A stretch of 64,000 nucleotides of DNA, from assembly GCA_918797485.1 (NCBI GenBank), contig CAKKNE010000001.1, positions 4,774,001 through 4,838,000 of the forward strand. The letters are read 5' to 3'. This DNA is from Pelagomonas calceolata (taxonomy: Eukaryota). Below the pieces are notes generated by a model, which saw only the letters and a program-made list of their open reading frames with translations, was not told the origin of the DNA and did not search any database. A program made the position numbers and the translations under genes. Positions 31,301 to 41,827 of the stretch are shown here, in pieces (the stretch's first letter is position 1; the number at the start of each line of letters is the position of its first letter).

Positions 31301-31928
31301 GTCTGCGGGTGCCGCTTTGCCGAACGCCGTCACACGAGCACCGCAAGCCGCTCAGGCTGCTGTTGCTGGTGTGGTTCCTCAGCTCGCCGCCAACGTGTCC
31401 GATCTGTCTCACTTGAGTCCTGTGGAACGCGCGAAAGCATTAGCAGCGAGGTTTGGACGGGTACCTATCGTGGCGGCGCGGCAGGCCGCCCCGGCGGCGT
31501 CGCCGCACGACGCTGCTTTAGCTCGCGCTCGAGCCTTAGCTGCGGGTATGACTGGCGCCCCTGCATCAACAGCTCCTGTATTAACACCCGCCCAGATCAG
31601 TGGAGAGACGGCGTATGACGAACTGGACATCAACGACTACCCGGGCGAGGCGCGATTGCGCGCGACCAATAGAGATGTATTACTGCGCGTCCAGGAGGAG
31701 ACGGGTGCGGCTCTTATTAACAGAGGCGTCTTCGTCGCGCCGGGCACGCAACCACCACCGGGCCAGCGACGGCTCTACTTAGCGATAGAAGGCCAGGACG
31801 CGCGCGCCGTCGCCCTGGCCAAAGCCGAGATGAAGCGCGTGCTCAACGAGGAGACGCTCAACCTCGCGGCGGGCGGGTCGCGGTCGCAGTCGGCGATGGC
31901 GAACTACGGGAAGTACTCACTGGTCTAA
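28341..31928 (+). CDS. DDX46: DEAD-box splicing helicase DDX46/Prp5; exons 28341-30172 and 30374-31928
   Basis: RS-rich N-terminus, AKTGSGKT, DEADRMFDMG|FEPQI restored by splicing, SAT, HRVGRTGRAG, C-terminal KH-like ELDINDYP. Confidence 0.95.
30173..30373 (+). mobile_element. Introner-type intron (201 nt) with TIRs and a degenerate TSD
   Basis: GTGCGAGAC-CTGTGTGGA...TCCACGCAG-GTTCGAGCC: TIR 8/9, flanking duplication 7/9; boundaries fixed by the conserved DMG/FEPQ motif. Confidence 0.85.
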
Positions 31929-32216
31929 TTCTTGTTTTAGGTTTTATTCATCTGTTTTTATCCGTTGGTTTTTGTGGCTAGTGCTCCTAGCTAGCGTCGT
32001 GCCGATATTTTTTGCAGCGGCAGCGACCTATTTGCTTGCCTGTCGAGCACATAGGTCCTTGTTTATTTAAGCTGTGCATAAATAATTCGGCCACGAGCGT
32101 TGGGCCCCACCTAATCCCATCTGACACCGCGCTGCGCTGCAGCGCCACGTGCGTTGTGTTCGGCGCTCTGCGCGACGTACCCGCGGCGACTCGGGCCCGG
32201 CTTTAGAGCCTGCAGC

Positions 32217-33879
32217 ATGGCGCTGCGACTGCTGGCTCTCACTGGGCTCACTGCTGCCGCCGCGGCAGTCACGCCACAGCGGCGCAAAAACGTGTTATTC
32301 GTCATCTCGGACGACCTGCGGCCGGAATTGCCATGCTACGGCTGCGATCACGTCTTGGCGCCGCGGACGACGGCGCTCGCGAAGGAGTCGATCACGTTTA
32401 CGAGGGCGTACGCGCAGCAAGCGCTATGCGCGCCTAGCCGCAATTCGTTCCTGTCGGGCCGCCGACCCGCGCACACGAAGAGCTGGCAATTCGTCGACGA
32501 CTTCAGAGAAGTCGGGCCCGACTGGACCACGCTGCCGGGAGCCTTCCGGAAAGCCGGCTATCAAGCTGTCGGTTGTGGGAAAATATTTCATCCAGGACTC
32601 CCGCCGAACCAAGACCTGCCATATTCGTGGGACCGGCGCACGAATCTGTGTAGAAATCAATTCCCAGGCACCGCCGCATTGCGTCTGCTCTCGATGACGT
32701 CTCAACTCACTGTTTGATTTCACAGGAATGAACACGACCTGGGCGGACTGGAACAACCCAAACGAACCTAGATGTCCACAGAACACTTCGTGGTGCAGCG
32801 TCGAAGACACCGAGCGCTTCCAGGACACGCAGATAGCCTCGACAGCGCTGGAGCTGCTTACCAACGTAACGCGGGACGAGAGGCCGTTCTTCCTCGCGGT
32901 GGGCTTCCGCAAGCCTCATGTCCAATGGCGCGCGCCGACGCGCGCGTTTGATGCCTATCCGCCGTGGAATGTGAGTCTCGCCTCGCGTCCCAAGGGGCCA
33001 CAACACTCCGTCGACGTCGCGTTTCACGTGCCGGTGCACGAAATAGACGTCTTCACTGACTGGCGCGCCTGCGGCGGCTCCCAGGCGCTGACCCCGGCGC
33101 ACAACTACCCGTCGGAGTGCCAGCAGGCCTGGCGCCGCGGCTACTACGCTGCTGTCACCTTCGTGGACGAACAGTTAGGGGTGGTGCTCGACGGCCTGAC
33201 GGCGAGGAACCGCGAGCGCGACACGGTCGTCGTCTTCTTCGGCGACCACGGCTGGCACCTCGGCGACCAGGGCGAGTGGATGAAGATGACCAATTACGAG
33301 AACGCCGTACGAGTGCCCCTGTTGGTTCGCGTGCCCTGGGCGCCGGAGAGCGCCGGGCGCGTCGTGAGCGCGCCCGTCGAGCTCGTAGATCTCTTCCCGA
33401 CCCTTGCGGGATTGGCCGGCGTGGACGTTAGCTACACGTCTCGCGAGTCGCAGCCGCTCGACGGGCGGGATCTGAGCCCCCTCTTCTTCGGCGGTGCCGG
33501 GGACGACACGCACGTGGCGCGCTCGGTCTACCCCCGCTGCGTGGCCAACGCGTCGGCCGCGTGGAAGCACAACGACTGCAACGACACGCCGCGGCGGCGC
33601 TTCAGCCATATGGGTTACTCGACGCGCGACGAGCGCTGGCGGTTCACGGCGTGGTACGAGTGGTCCCACTTGCGCTTGGCACCGAAAGGGTCGCCTGTTG
33701 CCGTCGAGCTCTACGACCACGCGGGTGATACTGGCACGTGCGATGGCGCCGGCGGCAGCGCGCTCGAGGACTACGAGTGGGCGAACGTCGCCGGCGACCA
33801 CGCGTCCGTCGTCGAGGCGCAGCTCGCGCGGCTCGAGCGCCTCTTCGGCATCGATGCCCCTATTGTTGATCTGTATTAA
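32217..33879 (+). CDS. Iduronate-2-sulfatase-like secreted sulfatase; exons 32217-32637 and 32726-33879
   Basis: Signal peptide, NVLFVISDDLRP, CAPSR (CxPxR), GKIFH, GFRKPH, GDHGWHLG; frames join via a phase-1 GC-AG intron. Confidence 0.9.
32638..32725 (+). mobile_element. Introner-type GC-AG intron (88 nt)
   Basis: GCACGAAT-CTGTGTAGAAATCAA...TTGATTTCACAG-GAATGAAC; the GC at 32638 is the nearest GT/GC donor that restores frame. Confidence 0.7.
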
Positions 33880-33896
33880 TTCTGTAGATAGACTAG

Positions 33897-34784
33897 CTAC
33901 GCCGGCGAGAGGAGCGCGGTGTTGATCGCCTTGGCGAGCGACTCCTGCGGCGTAGAGGCGCCGTCGGCGAGCGCACCGATTGATAAGATCCGGCTCTTGG
34001 TCGGGTCCAGGATCGAGACGGCCTGGGCGATGAGCGCGCCGAGGTCCTCCACCTGAACCTCACCGGCAGAATCGGCGCCGCGCTTCGCGCCCACGACCTG
34101 CTGAATCCCTTCGTTCAGATTCCATTTTTTTGTGGTCGCGAGGTCCTTCGTGACCAGGAGCGTGTGCGGCACGCCGGAGGCCTCGAGGGCCGACTGGGCC
34201 GCGGCCGCGTCGGCGGGCGCCGCGACGGCGATGACGTGCGCTGCGTCTTGCACGTTTGCGCAGATCCGCGAGAACGGCTCCGACTCGCCGCCGGCCTGGT
34301 CGAGGTCCCATGACCACTCCGTTCCGGTGACGGCGCCCTGGGGGCGCATGCGGTACGGCGCCACCACCATGCTGCAGCCGTCGAGGCGCTTCTTGATGAT
34401 TTCGTCGTCCCGGAAGTCGCACCGCTGGACGAGCGACTCGTCGGCGTAGGCAAGGATGAACGATGTCCCCAGACACACATTGAGCGCTCGGCTGCCGCGC
34501 GCGGCGCCGACAAGGGCGCGCGGCGCCTTGAGGCCGCTCTCGAAGGTCTGCGCGGCCCGCTGGACGTAGCCGTATATGAAGCGGCCCGCATCGCCACCCG
34601 CGCCGCAGACGGCAACGAGTTGCTTGTTTATCGGTCGCTCGGCTGCGCTGCCCGGCTCGTTATTCGCGGCGACCGTGTCCTTGTAGATTTTCGTGAGGTC
34701 TGGCGGCGGGGGCCTCCGGGCTGCCAGCGCGGAGGCGGTCTGGAGGCTGCATGCCGCCACGACGGCGAGTGCAAGCCTCCTCAT
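33897..34784 (-). CDS. Probable plastid-targeted atypical NAD(P)-binding Rossmann-like protein
   Basis: Signal peptide; VAVCGAGGDAGRF glycine motif; EDLGALIAQAV. Confidence 0.65.
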   Translation of the reverse strand: MRRLALAVVAACSLQTASALAARRPPPPDLTKIYKDTVAANNEPGSAAERPINKQLVAVCGAGGDAGRFIYGYVQRAAQTFESGLKAPRALVGAARGSRALNVCLGTSFILAYADESLVQRCDFRDDEIIKKRLDGCSMVVAPYRMRPQGAVTGTEWSWDLDQAGGESEPFSRICANVQDAAHVIAVAAPADAAAAQSALEASGVPHTLLVTKDLATTKKWNLNEGIQQVVGAKRGADSAGEVQVEDLGALIAQAVSILDPTKSRILSIGALADGASTPQESLAKAINTALLSPA

Positions 34785-34895
34785 TGCTTGTCCACAGCGC
34801 TACGTGCCAAGACAGCCAGTCCTATGTAGCGTGTGGCAGCTCTGCCGTGCACTACGCCCAGCAATCCGCTTGCAAAGCTTGGATCGGGATGCTCG

Positions 34896-34918
34896 CTAGT
34901 GTCTTACTCGACGCTAGC
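34896..34918 (-). promoter_or_regulatory. CTAG-bounded intergenic motif copy 6 (minus strand GCTAGCGTCGAGTAAGACACTAG)
   Basis: In a divergent gap, reverse orientation. Confidence 0.55.
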
Positions 34919-35077
34919 CGACTGCGCAGCTGACAAGCGGTTTTCGAGGCCGACGCAGCGAGAACTTTTTGATCTAAACAGCGTTTGCATCGCTGCGTTC
35001 ATTGCGCGCCGTATCGCCAACGCTGCGACTAGTTGGACCGCGGGCCGGAATTGCTTGGCTGCCGCCGCCTCGCAAGC

Positions 35078-36592
35078 ATGGAGGCGCGCACGCTGCTCAA
35101 AGCCAAGACCCTGCCGCCGCCACCAAACGACTGGCTCGAGTGGGGCGTAATCTTACACCGACGGCTCCAGTGCGCCGACGAGGCGGCCGACGCCTGCGAG
35201 CTGCTGGCGCACGTGCTCTGGTACCACCCACCGAACCACGACGATTCAGAGAGGCTGGGCGCCTTACGCGTGGCCGAGGCGGTCCTCGCGCTGGGCAACG
35301 CCTTCGCGACCGATGCAGCCGACGCGGCGCTCGTCGGGGAGCTGAGGTATGGCTTCGTACGACCAGAAAGCGATCTGGTCATCGTCTGGGCGGCGAAGAG
35401 CGACGTAATAACGATACGGTCGCGCGCGCTACAGGCTTACGACCGGTTCGTGCTGTTTCGCGGTTCTATAAATGACCTCATCGACTTCGAGGGCGCGGCT
35501 GAATTAGCGAGAAAGAGAAGAGCACGACGGAAACAAGGCGAGGCCTTCGAGGAGGCCGGCGACGACCCCGTCGAAACCGTTCGCGCATCGCTACAAGAGG
35601 ATTTCGAACCGCCCCAGACGGAGGGCTTCGCGCCTTTTGCGGACGCGCCGCGGCCCGGCGACGCGAGCTTGAAGACAGAAGCGAGGAAGGAAATCGAGCG
35701 CCTCGCGGCCGTCGTGAAAAGTGTGGATGGCGTCGCGGCGTGTTTAGTGTTGGTGAACGGTTTTGCTGCCGCGCGGACGCTCCCGAGCAACGAATCAACA
35801 ATTCTCGAGGCGGCGCTGCGCGACGTCGGCGACGCCATCGTCGAGAAAAGCAGGGCGCCGGACGGGAGCTGGGCCGGCGCCGGCGCCGGCTTCGTGGCGC
35901 CCTCGTTTGAGTTATCAGCCTGCGGCACGAACGCGCGGTTCCGGTGCGTTGGTGATGATGAAAATGATGTGGACGATCTGGGTCCCGGCGACGCCGTGGC
36001 CGACGTGTGGTGCCCCTCTGTTACCTTGCCTCCTCCATCATCACGGGTGCGGTGCGCCTACGATAATGCAACGGGCGCGCCATCATCACATGAAAAGCGC
36101 CGCCTCGTCGTCTTCTACGCGGCGCGGCACCGGGTGCTGGTGGGTGTGGTCATAGATGATAGTTGCGTGCGCGCGTCGGACGGCGGCCTGTCGCGGCGCT
36201 GGGCGACGGCTCTTGTACAACGCGTCGGGGACGCGGTCCAGGCGGAGTTGTGCGACCCGGACCGCGAGTGGGATTTGGCCCCGGCGCCGCCATCATTGCC
36301 GCCCGCCGGTGTTCGCGTGTGTTCGTTCGAGGACGCCGCGCCGCGGACCGCGCCGGTGTTCCGATGCCCGGCCGCGGCGCGCTCGGTGATCGCCGACGGC
36401 CACGCCGCGCTCGTGGCGTCGGCCGACGCGCGCGAGGAGGTCCTGGTCTTTCCTTCCGACCACTCGGGCGTCGTCGCCGCGGCCGACGGCGGCGCGCGGC
36501 GCGCGTACGCGTGGCTCTCTCCTTGTGGTTCGGTGCGCGAGTGCGCACAGCGCGTTGATGAGTTGCGCAGCGGCTCCGAGGCGTTTCTTTAG
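35078..36592 (+). CDS. Hypothetical protein, possibly CCZ1/HPS4/INTU-type longin
   Basis: LWYHPP...LGALRVAEAVLALGNAF resembles the first longin domain of CCZ1-like GEF subunits (weak, by eye). Confidence 0.55.
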   Translation: MEARTLLKAKTLPPPPNDWLEWGVILHRRLQCADEAADACELLAHVLWYHPPNHDDSERLGALRVAEAVLALGNAFATDAADAALVGELRYGFVRPESDLVIVWAAKSDVITIRSRALQAYDRFVLFRGSINDLIDFEGAAELARKRRARRKQGEAFEEAGDDPVETVRASLQEDFEPPQTEGFAPFADAPRPGDASLKTEARKEIERLAAVVKSVDGVAACLVLVNGFAAARTLPSNESTILEAALRDVGDAIVEKSRAPDGSWAGAGAGFVAPSFELSACGTNARFRCVGDDENDVDDLGPGDAVADVWCPSVTLPPPSSRVRCAYDNATGAPSSHEKRRLVVFYAARHRVLVGVVIDDSCVRASDGGLSRRWATALVQRVGDAVQAELCDPDREWDLAPAPPSLPPAGVRVCSFEDAAPRTAPVFRCPAAARSVIADGHAALVASADAREEVLVFPSDHSGVVAAADGGARRAYAWLSPCGSVRECAQRVDELRSGSEAFL

Positions 36593-36642
36593 GTGTTAAT
36601 GTGACGTGTTTGTACCCCAGACGTATTCTTACGGTGCTAGGA

Positions 36643-36674
36643 CTAGTGTTTTAGCTAGCGGACTAAGACACTAG
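36643..36674 (+). promoter_or_regulatory. CTAG-bounded motif copy 7 (36654-36674), extended into an inverted repeat
   Basis: CTAGTGTTTTAG (36643-36654) / CTAAGACACTAG (36663-36674), 11/12 inverted match. Confidence 0.6.
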
Positions 36675-36807
36675 CAAAAAGCCTAAGCCTAGAGAGCAAA
36701 CCAGGCTGGCAGCCATTTCCGCCCTCAGTAGTGGTCTCTTGAGCCCACAATTGCATAAGTGACGCCCGCGCGACGACCCACACCAGCTCTCCTACTTCTC
36801 AAGCAAT

Positions 36808-37602
36808 ATGAAACTACTCCTCCTCGCCACCGCTGCTCTCAGCACCTATGCGCTGCGCGCGCCGACGAGAATGTCGGTCGCGGTCTTCGGTGCGACGGGC
36901 TTGACCGGCCGAGAGTGCACGCATCAATTGCTGGAGCGCGGCGTCCCCGTGCGCGCGCTCTGCCGCGACCCGGCGAAGCTCCTCACGCCGCTCGGCTCGA
37001 CGGGCAAGGAGGACCTCGTCGAGAACGACCAACTCTACAAGTACAAAGGCAGCGTCACGAACGCGGCCGACGTGGAGAAAGTGTTTGAGGGAGGTGATGT
37101 CGAGGGTGTGATCATCTCGCTCGGCGGCAAGACGAAGGACGTCGGTCCTACCATGTTAACGGACGGCACGGCCACCGTCATCGCCGCGATGAAGAAGTAC
37201 GACGTCAAGCGCGTCGCCGTCGTCACGTCCATCGGCGCCGGAGATTCTAAAGATCAGGCGCCCTTCATGTTCAAAATGCTCATGATGACGGTCATGTCGT
37301 CCATCTTCACCGACAAGAACAACCAGGAGGCGCTCTTCACGGACGGCGGCGTCGGCCGGGACCTGGAATGGTGCATCGTGCGGCCCGGCGGGCTCACGGT
37401 CGAGAAGCCGACGGGCGTCATCAATGTCATCGAGGGCGAGGCCGGCTCCATTGCGCGCGCGGACGTCGCGGACTTTTGTATTGGCGCGATCCTCGAGAAG
37501 GACTTCCCGTACATCCAAAAGACGCCGTGCATCTCGAGCGTCGGCGGGACGTCGTGGGTCAAGGACCGTAGCGCGGCGGCGAGAGAGGGCATGACTGCCT
37601 AG
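36808..37602 (+). CDS. NAD(P)H-binding flavin reductase/BLVRB-like protein, probably plastid-targeted
   Basis: VAVFGATGLTG, VTSIGAGDS, WCIVRPGGL, IARADVA. Confidence 0.85.
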   Translation: MKLLLLATAALSTYALRAPTRMSVAVFGATGLTGRECTHQLLERGVPVRALCRDPAKLLTPLGSTGKEDLVENDQLYKYKGSVTNAADVEKVFEGGDVEGVIISLGGKTKDVGPTMLTDGTATVIAAMKKYDVKRVAVVTSIGAGDSKDQAPFMFKMLMMTVMSSIFTDKNNQEALFTDGGVGRDLEWCIVRPGGLTVEKPTGVINVIEGEAGSIARADVADFCIGAILEKDFPYIQKTPCISSVGGTSWVKDRSAAAREGMTA

Positions 37603-37731
37603 AAGGGTCATTTGTGTGCGCTAGATATAGATAACACATATCTGCGAATTAAACTAACCTAAGAGCGAGCGCCGGCGCCCAGCGGGGCGTGTAGGCGTAC
37701 GGGAAGACAGACGTCGCCGCCGTGGGGTCGA

Positions 37732-39105
37732 CTAGGGCTGCGCGCGGTTCGGCGGCGACACGTCGTCATCCACCAAAGGATAACGCGGGAGCGGCGCTCG
37801 ACGACGCGCCGGTATGGCCGCCAGGAAGCCTAGAGCCGCAACCAGCGCACAGCCCGCCGCGACCAAATACGTCCCCCTACCACCCCACGCCTCGAAGGCC
37901 GCGCTCCAGACCAAATGGCCGACGCAGCCCCCGATCGTGAAGTAGGCCATCGTCAGCAGGCTCTGGGACGACGCCGCGAGCTCCGGCGGCGCGAGCGTCG
38001 CCACGAGCTCGACTGCGGCCGACAGCCAGCACGCGAACATGGGACCATGTAGCAACTGGCAGAGCGGCAGGAGGTAGGCGACGTTCCCCGGCGTTACCAG
38101 GGAATGCAATAGCAACCGAAAGGGCAGGATGCACTGCGCGCCCGCCAGCACCTTCCAGTGGCCTAATTTTTTTATCAGTTGTGAGGAGTACCAGAAGAAC
38201 GGGAACGTCGAGGCCGTCGCTATCGTTGTCGCTAGACCATTTGTGGTGCGAGATACTCCCAACTCGTTCTCGAGCTGCATATATAAAATAGAATCGACCA
38301 CCACCACCAACGTGCCAAACACGCAAGCATCACCTAAAGCTAGCCGTAGTGGTGCGCTTCGCTTCAACGCGACGAGGCCATGAGACACGACGGCGGACAG
38401 GTTCCGCGGCGCCTTCTTCTTTACTTGTACAGGGGCCTCTTCGTCACTCTCGGACGAGGGCCACCGCGGTCTTACGCGAAAGAAGAGCAAACATAATAAA
38501 GCAAAACAAACCAGGTAGGTACTCCCGAAGATGCCCGCCTCGAGGCCGACCCTATCAATTAACGCGCCCACGAACAAAGAGCCAAGGCCCCACGACGCCG
38601 ACCCCCAGAAGCGCTGGCGGCCCCAGGCCTCGTTGCCCTGCGTCGCGAGGGTCAGCACCATGGCGTCGGCGACCGGTGAGGCTGCCGAGGATGCGGACCT
38701 AGCAACCCTTAAAGCCGCGACGGCCCACAGGGCCTGGTGCGGTCTCGCGCCCGCTCCCACATGTCTTTGTAGGAAGCCCTCTCGAGTACCTCTCCTCAGA
38801 GCTTCCAGAGTAGCGACAGAAGCCACCACGGACCCCATCAGCACGTCGGCCGGCGCGCCGACGTCCGCCGATCCCGCCCAGAGCGGCTGCGCTATCAACT
38901 TCCCGACGAGGGACAGGGACTTCATGAGGCCCACCTCGCGCGGCGAGAAGCCGCACTTCAGCAACCAAAGACTGCAGAAGCGGTTCCACGACACCATGCT
39001 GCCCGAGTAGCAAAAACTGAGTATTTTCGCGTCGAGCGTCGCGAGCTTGCCCCGCTGTTTCTTCTGCGGCGGCGGCGCGTGGATCTTGGGGTCCTTGAGG
39101 TCCAT
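37732..39105 (-). CDS. MFS transporter (MFSD6/nucleoside:H+ symporter-like)
   Basis: About 12 TM segments; WGRQRFWGSASWG; QLLHG. Confidence 0.85.
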   Translation of the reverse strand: MDLKDPKIHAPPPQKKQRGKLATLDAKILSFCYSGSMVSWNRFCSLWLLKCGFSPREVGLMKSLSLVGKLIAQPLWAGSADVGAPADVLMGSVVASVATLEALRRGTREGFLQRHVGAGARPHQALWAVAALRVARSASSAASPVADAMVLTLATQGNEAWGRQRFWGSASWGLGSLFVGALIDRVGLEAGIFGSTYLVCFALLCLLFFRVRPRWPSSESDEEAPVQVKKKAPRNLSAVVSHGLVALKRSAPLRLALGDACVFGTLVVVVDSILYMQLENELGVSRTTNGLATTIATASTFPFFWYSSQLIKKLGHWKVLAGAQCILPFRLLLHSLVTPGNVAYLLPLCQLLHGPMFACWLSAAVELVATLAPPELAASSQSLLTMAYFTIGGCVGHLVWSAAFEAWGGRGTYLVAAGCALVAALGFLAAIPARRRAPLPRYPLVDDDVSPPNRAQP

Positions 39106-39590
39106 CTTTACGTCAGACGCTGCTTACGGCGGCGTTTCTTGCTCTACGTCGCCGCTGCAAATGTCCGACGTCAAGGCTAGCTTAAAAAATCGGCTTACGT
39201 GCCGTTTCTTTGCCTTGTGCCGCGCTCAGCGCTCGCAGGGGTATTAGAGAACAGCCTCCGCGTGCATGCCTTGCCCGTATTGCAGCAATGCGAGCTATAC
39301 GTTGGGCCAAGGTCAATTATTTTTTGGCCAATAATGCTAGCTAGAGTCTCTAGGTGCCCGACGAATCGGGATTCGTGGCGCTCTCTCAATGCAGGCACGC
39401 ATGATGGCTCGTGCACGAGCCAGGAGCGAGGCTTCGTCTAGTGACACAGTGAGGCACTAGCAGCAGCCTGAGGCACATGCTCGCCTACGCCGTCGCCGTA
39501 GAGCGCTAGCACAAGTGCAGCAGACGCCAGCACCGATTCGCATACTGCAACGCACCACCGCAGCGCTTGCCGTTACTGCCACGCGTGACC

Positions 39591-40679
39591 ATGCTGCCTA
39601 GGCCAGCAGCGCTGCTGCTGCTGCTCACACAATTAACAGCGTTCGCGCCGAAGATTTGTAAGCGACCACCGGTCAAAGTAAGGTCCGAGAGCGACGGGAG
39701 GTTACTCGCCGTGAAAGCGCGGGAAGCGGAGCTCCGCGCGCAGCTCGCGCGGGTCCAACGAGAAAAAGCAGAGGTGCTAGCAAAGCGGAGACTAAAGATT
39801 GGGATTGTGGGCTTCGGACGGTTCGGCCAGTTCCTCTCGACAAAATTCGCGTCCTACGACCACGAGATTTATGGACTCAGTCTCTCGGACCGAGCAAATG
39901 AGGCAACCAAGTGCGGCGCCAAAGGATGTGGAAGACTCGACAGCAGTGACGATGTGGAGGCGTTCTTCGAGCGGAAGCCCGACGTCGTGGTGCTGGCCTG
40001 TTCGATAGTCTCCTTCGAGGAGACGCTACAAAGGTTAAGACCTTCACTGCAAAAGTATCCGGAAACGTTGTTTGTGGATGTCCTCTCGGTCAAGGAGCAC
40101 GCTCGCGAAGCGTTGCTGAAGCACCTCCCCGCGGAAACGGGCGTGCTGTGCACGCACCCGATGTTTGGCCCTGATTCCGCGAAGTCCGGCTGGGAGAATT
40201 TAGCATTTGTCTACGACAAAGTACGAGTACCTGAAGATACTTCGGATGCCTGTGAACGGTTTTTATCACTCTTTGAAAGCGCGGGGTGTCGGATGGTCGA
40301 GATGTCGTGTACGCAGCATGATGTGTATGCCGCGAATTCCCAATTTTTGACGCATCTCGTCGGGCGGATGTTGGGGAGTGTGGGTGACTTGAGAAGCACG
40401 CCCATCGACACGAAGGGTTTCGCGTCCATCCTGCAGGTCGTCGAGACGACGTGTGACGATTCGTTCGACTTGTTCTATGGGCTGTATCGGTACAACCAGC
40501 ACTCGAAATCCACGCTATTATGTCTGCGGAAGGCCATGGCCGACCTCGAGTTGAGGTTGATCTCCTCCGAACTAGATGGTAGTGCGGGCGAGGACGCGCG
40601 CGGGACATTGGATTATCTGGACGTGCGGGAGCGCGTCTGGAACGAGAACGGGGCCGAGTGGAGTGGTAGGTCATCGTAA
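39591..40679 (+). CDS. tyrA: Arogenate/prephenate dehydrogenase, plastid-targeted
   Basis: TA-FAP signal; IGIVGFGRFGQF, DVLSVK, HPMFGP, HDVYAANSQFLTH, DSFDLFYGLY. Confidence 0.93.
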   Translation: MLPRPAALLLLLTQLTAFAPKICKRPPVKVRSESDGRLLAVKAREAELRAQLARVQREKAEVLAKRRLKIGIVGFGRFGQFLSTKFASYDHEIYGLSLSDRANEATKCGAKGCGRLDSSDDVEAFFERKPDVVVLACSIVSFEETLQRLRPSLQKYPETLFVDVLSVKEHAREALLKHLPAETGVLCTHPMFGPDSAKSGWENLAFVYDKVRVPEDTSDACERFLSLFESAGCRMVEMSCTQHDVYAANSQFLTHLVGRMLGSVGDLRSTPIDTKGFASILQVVETTCDDSFDLFYGLYRYNQHSKSTLLCLRKAMADLELRLISSELDGSAGEDARGTLDYLDVRERVWNENGAEWSGRSS

Positions 40680-40933
40680 GTTGAGAGAAAATAGGCTTGT
40701 TCGTCGCGTCGATGGCGTCATTCGTGTCTAGTATGTCTACGACATAGCGCAGGCCCTCCGCGGCTGTAAAAAAGGAGCGGGAGCCGCCCCGGGGCAAGCC
40801 TGTGCAGCGTTTTGCTTCAGCGACGCAGCGAAGTCGCGTTCTGCATCGCTAACACGAAACACTGGGCTCCTGAGCTCGGCAGCGCCACCGGGAGCCTGCG
40901 CAGCAGTCACGCCGCCGCCGCGGCGCACGCAAG

Positions 40934-41653
40934 ATGGAAGCCGAAGATGCACGCAACGAGGCCGTGCAGGCCCGACGAGCTCATTTAATAGAACAAACCA
41001 AAATCTGGGACGAGAAAATTGCCAAAAACAAGGAGCCGCGGACGTGGGAGACGTACCTCCCCGCGCACCATCGGGGCAAAGCCTCGAAAGACGCCCTGAA
41101 GCACTTCCGCGCGTTACTGGAAAGACCTCTGCCCGAGGGCGTCCCGCGGCAACTCACACGAACCCAAATCGCGATGATCGACGAGGGCTGGAAGGAGCCG
41201 GATCACGTACCGGAGCCGCCGAAGCGCAAGCGCGCGAAGAAGGAGCCCGTCAAGGAGGGCCCGGCCAAGGGGAGCATCGCGGATTTGGAGCTGCAAGCGT
41301 CGAAGGAGTGGGACGGCGTCGGCGTCTCGCCTCATGGTCGACGCGCATTGGACGCGGCCTGGGCGTTGGACTTTGGACCGAACATGGGCAATCCGTTCCG
41401 AACGCGCCTCACGCGGGACATGTGCTTGCAGCTGGGTGCTGTTGATTATTATTCTATTATCAAGGACGTGTGTGACCTGCCTCTTTGTAGAGAGAGGCTG
41501 AATACCGGTGCTTATGAAAATGATGCAGCATTACGAAGGGACATTAGAAAAATAGCCGAGAACGCTTTGCAATATCACGGGCCCGCGTCACCCTACACGA
41601 CCGCGGCGGACCAATTAGCAGCAGCTTTTGATGCCGCGCTGGCGGGGGCGTAA
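40934..41653 (+). CDS. Bromodomain protein
   Basis: NPF...DYYSIIKDVCDL...RERLNTGAY...DIRKIAENALQYH. Confidence 0.8.
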   Translation: MEAEDARNEAVQARRAHLIEQTKIWDEKIAKNKEPRTWETYLPAHHRGKASKDALKHFRALLERPLPEGVPRQLTRTQIAMIDEGWKEPDHVPEPPKRKRAKKEPVKEGPAKGSIADLELQASKEWDGVGVSPHGRRALDAAWALDFGPNMGNPFRTRLTRDMCLQLGAVDYYSIIKDVCDLPLCRERLNTGAYENDAALRRDIRKIAENALQYHGPASPYTTAADQLAAAFDAALAGA

Positions 41654-41688
41654 TATTGTACCTACTACGCAAGTATTGTGGTGTGAGT

Positions 41689-41778
41689 CGCGGCGATGGC
41701 GTGCTGGTGGAGTCGAACTCTCTCGCGGCCGCGTCGACGGTCGAGGCGACGTGGTCTCACGAAGACGCCATCGACGCG
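41689..41778. repeat. MITE-like element with 14-bp inverted ends
   Basis: CGCGGCGATGGCGT (41689-41702) vs ACGCCATCGACGCG (41765-41778), 13/14; related to the interiors of introns 56701-56844 and 30173-30373. Confidence 0.65.
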
Positions 41779-41827
41779 CCGCGCCGCGAGTCGGGTTTAT
41801 ACTAACAAAAAGCTCCTTATATACTTG

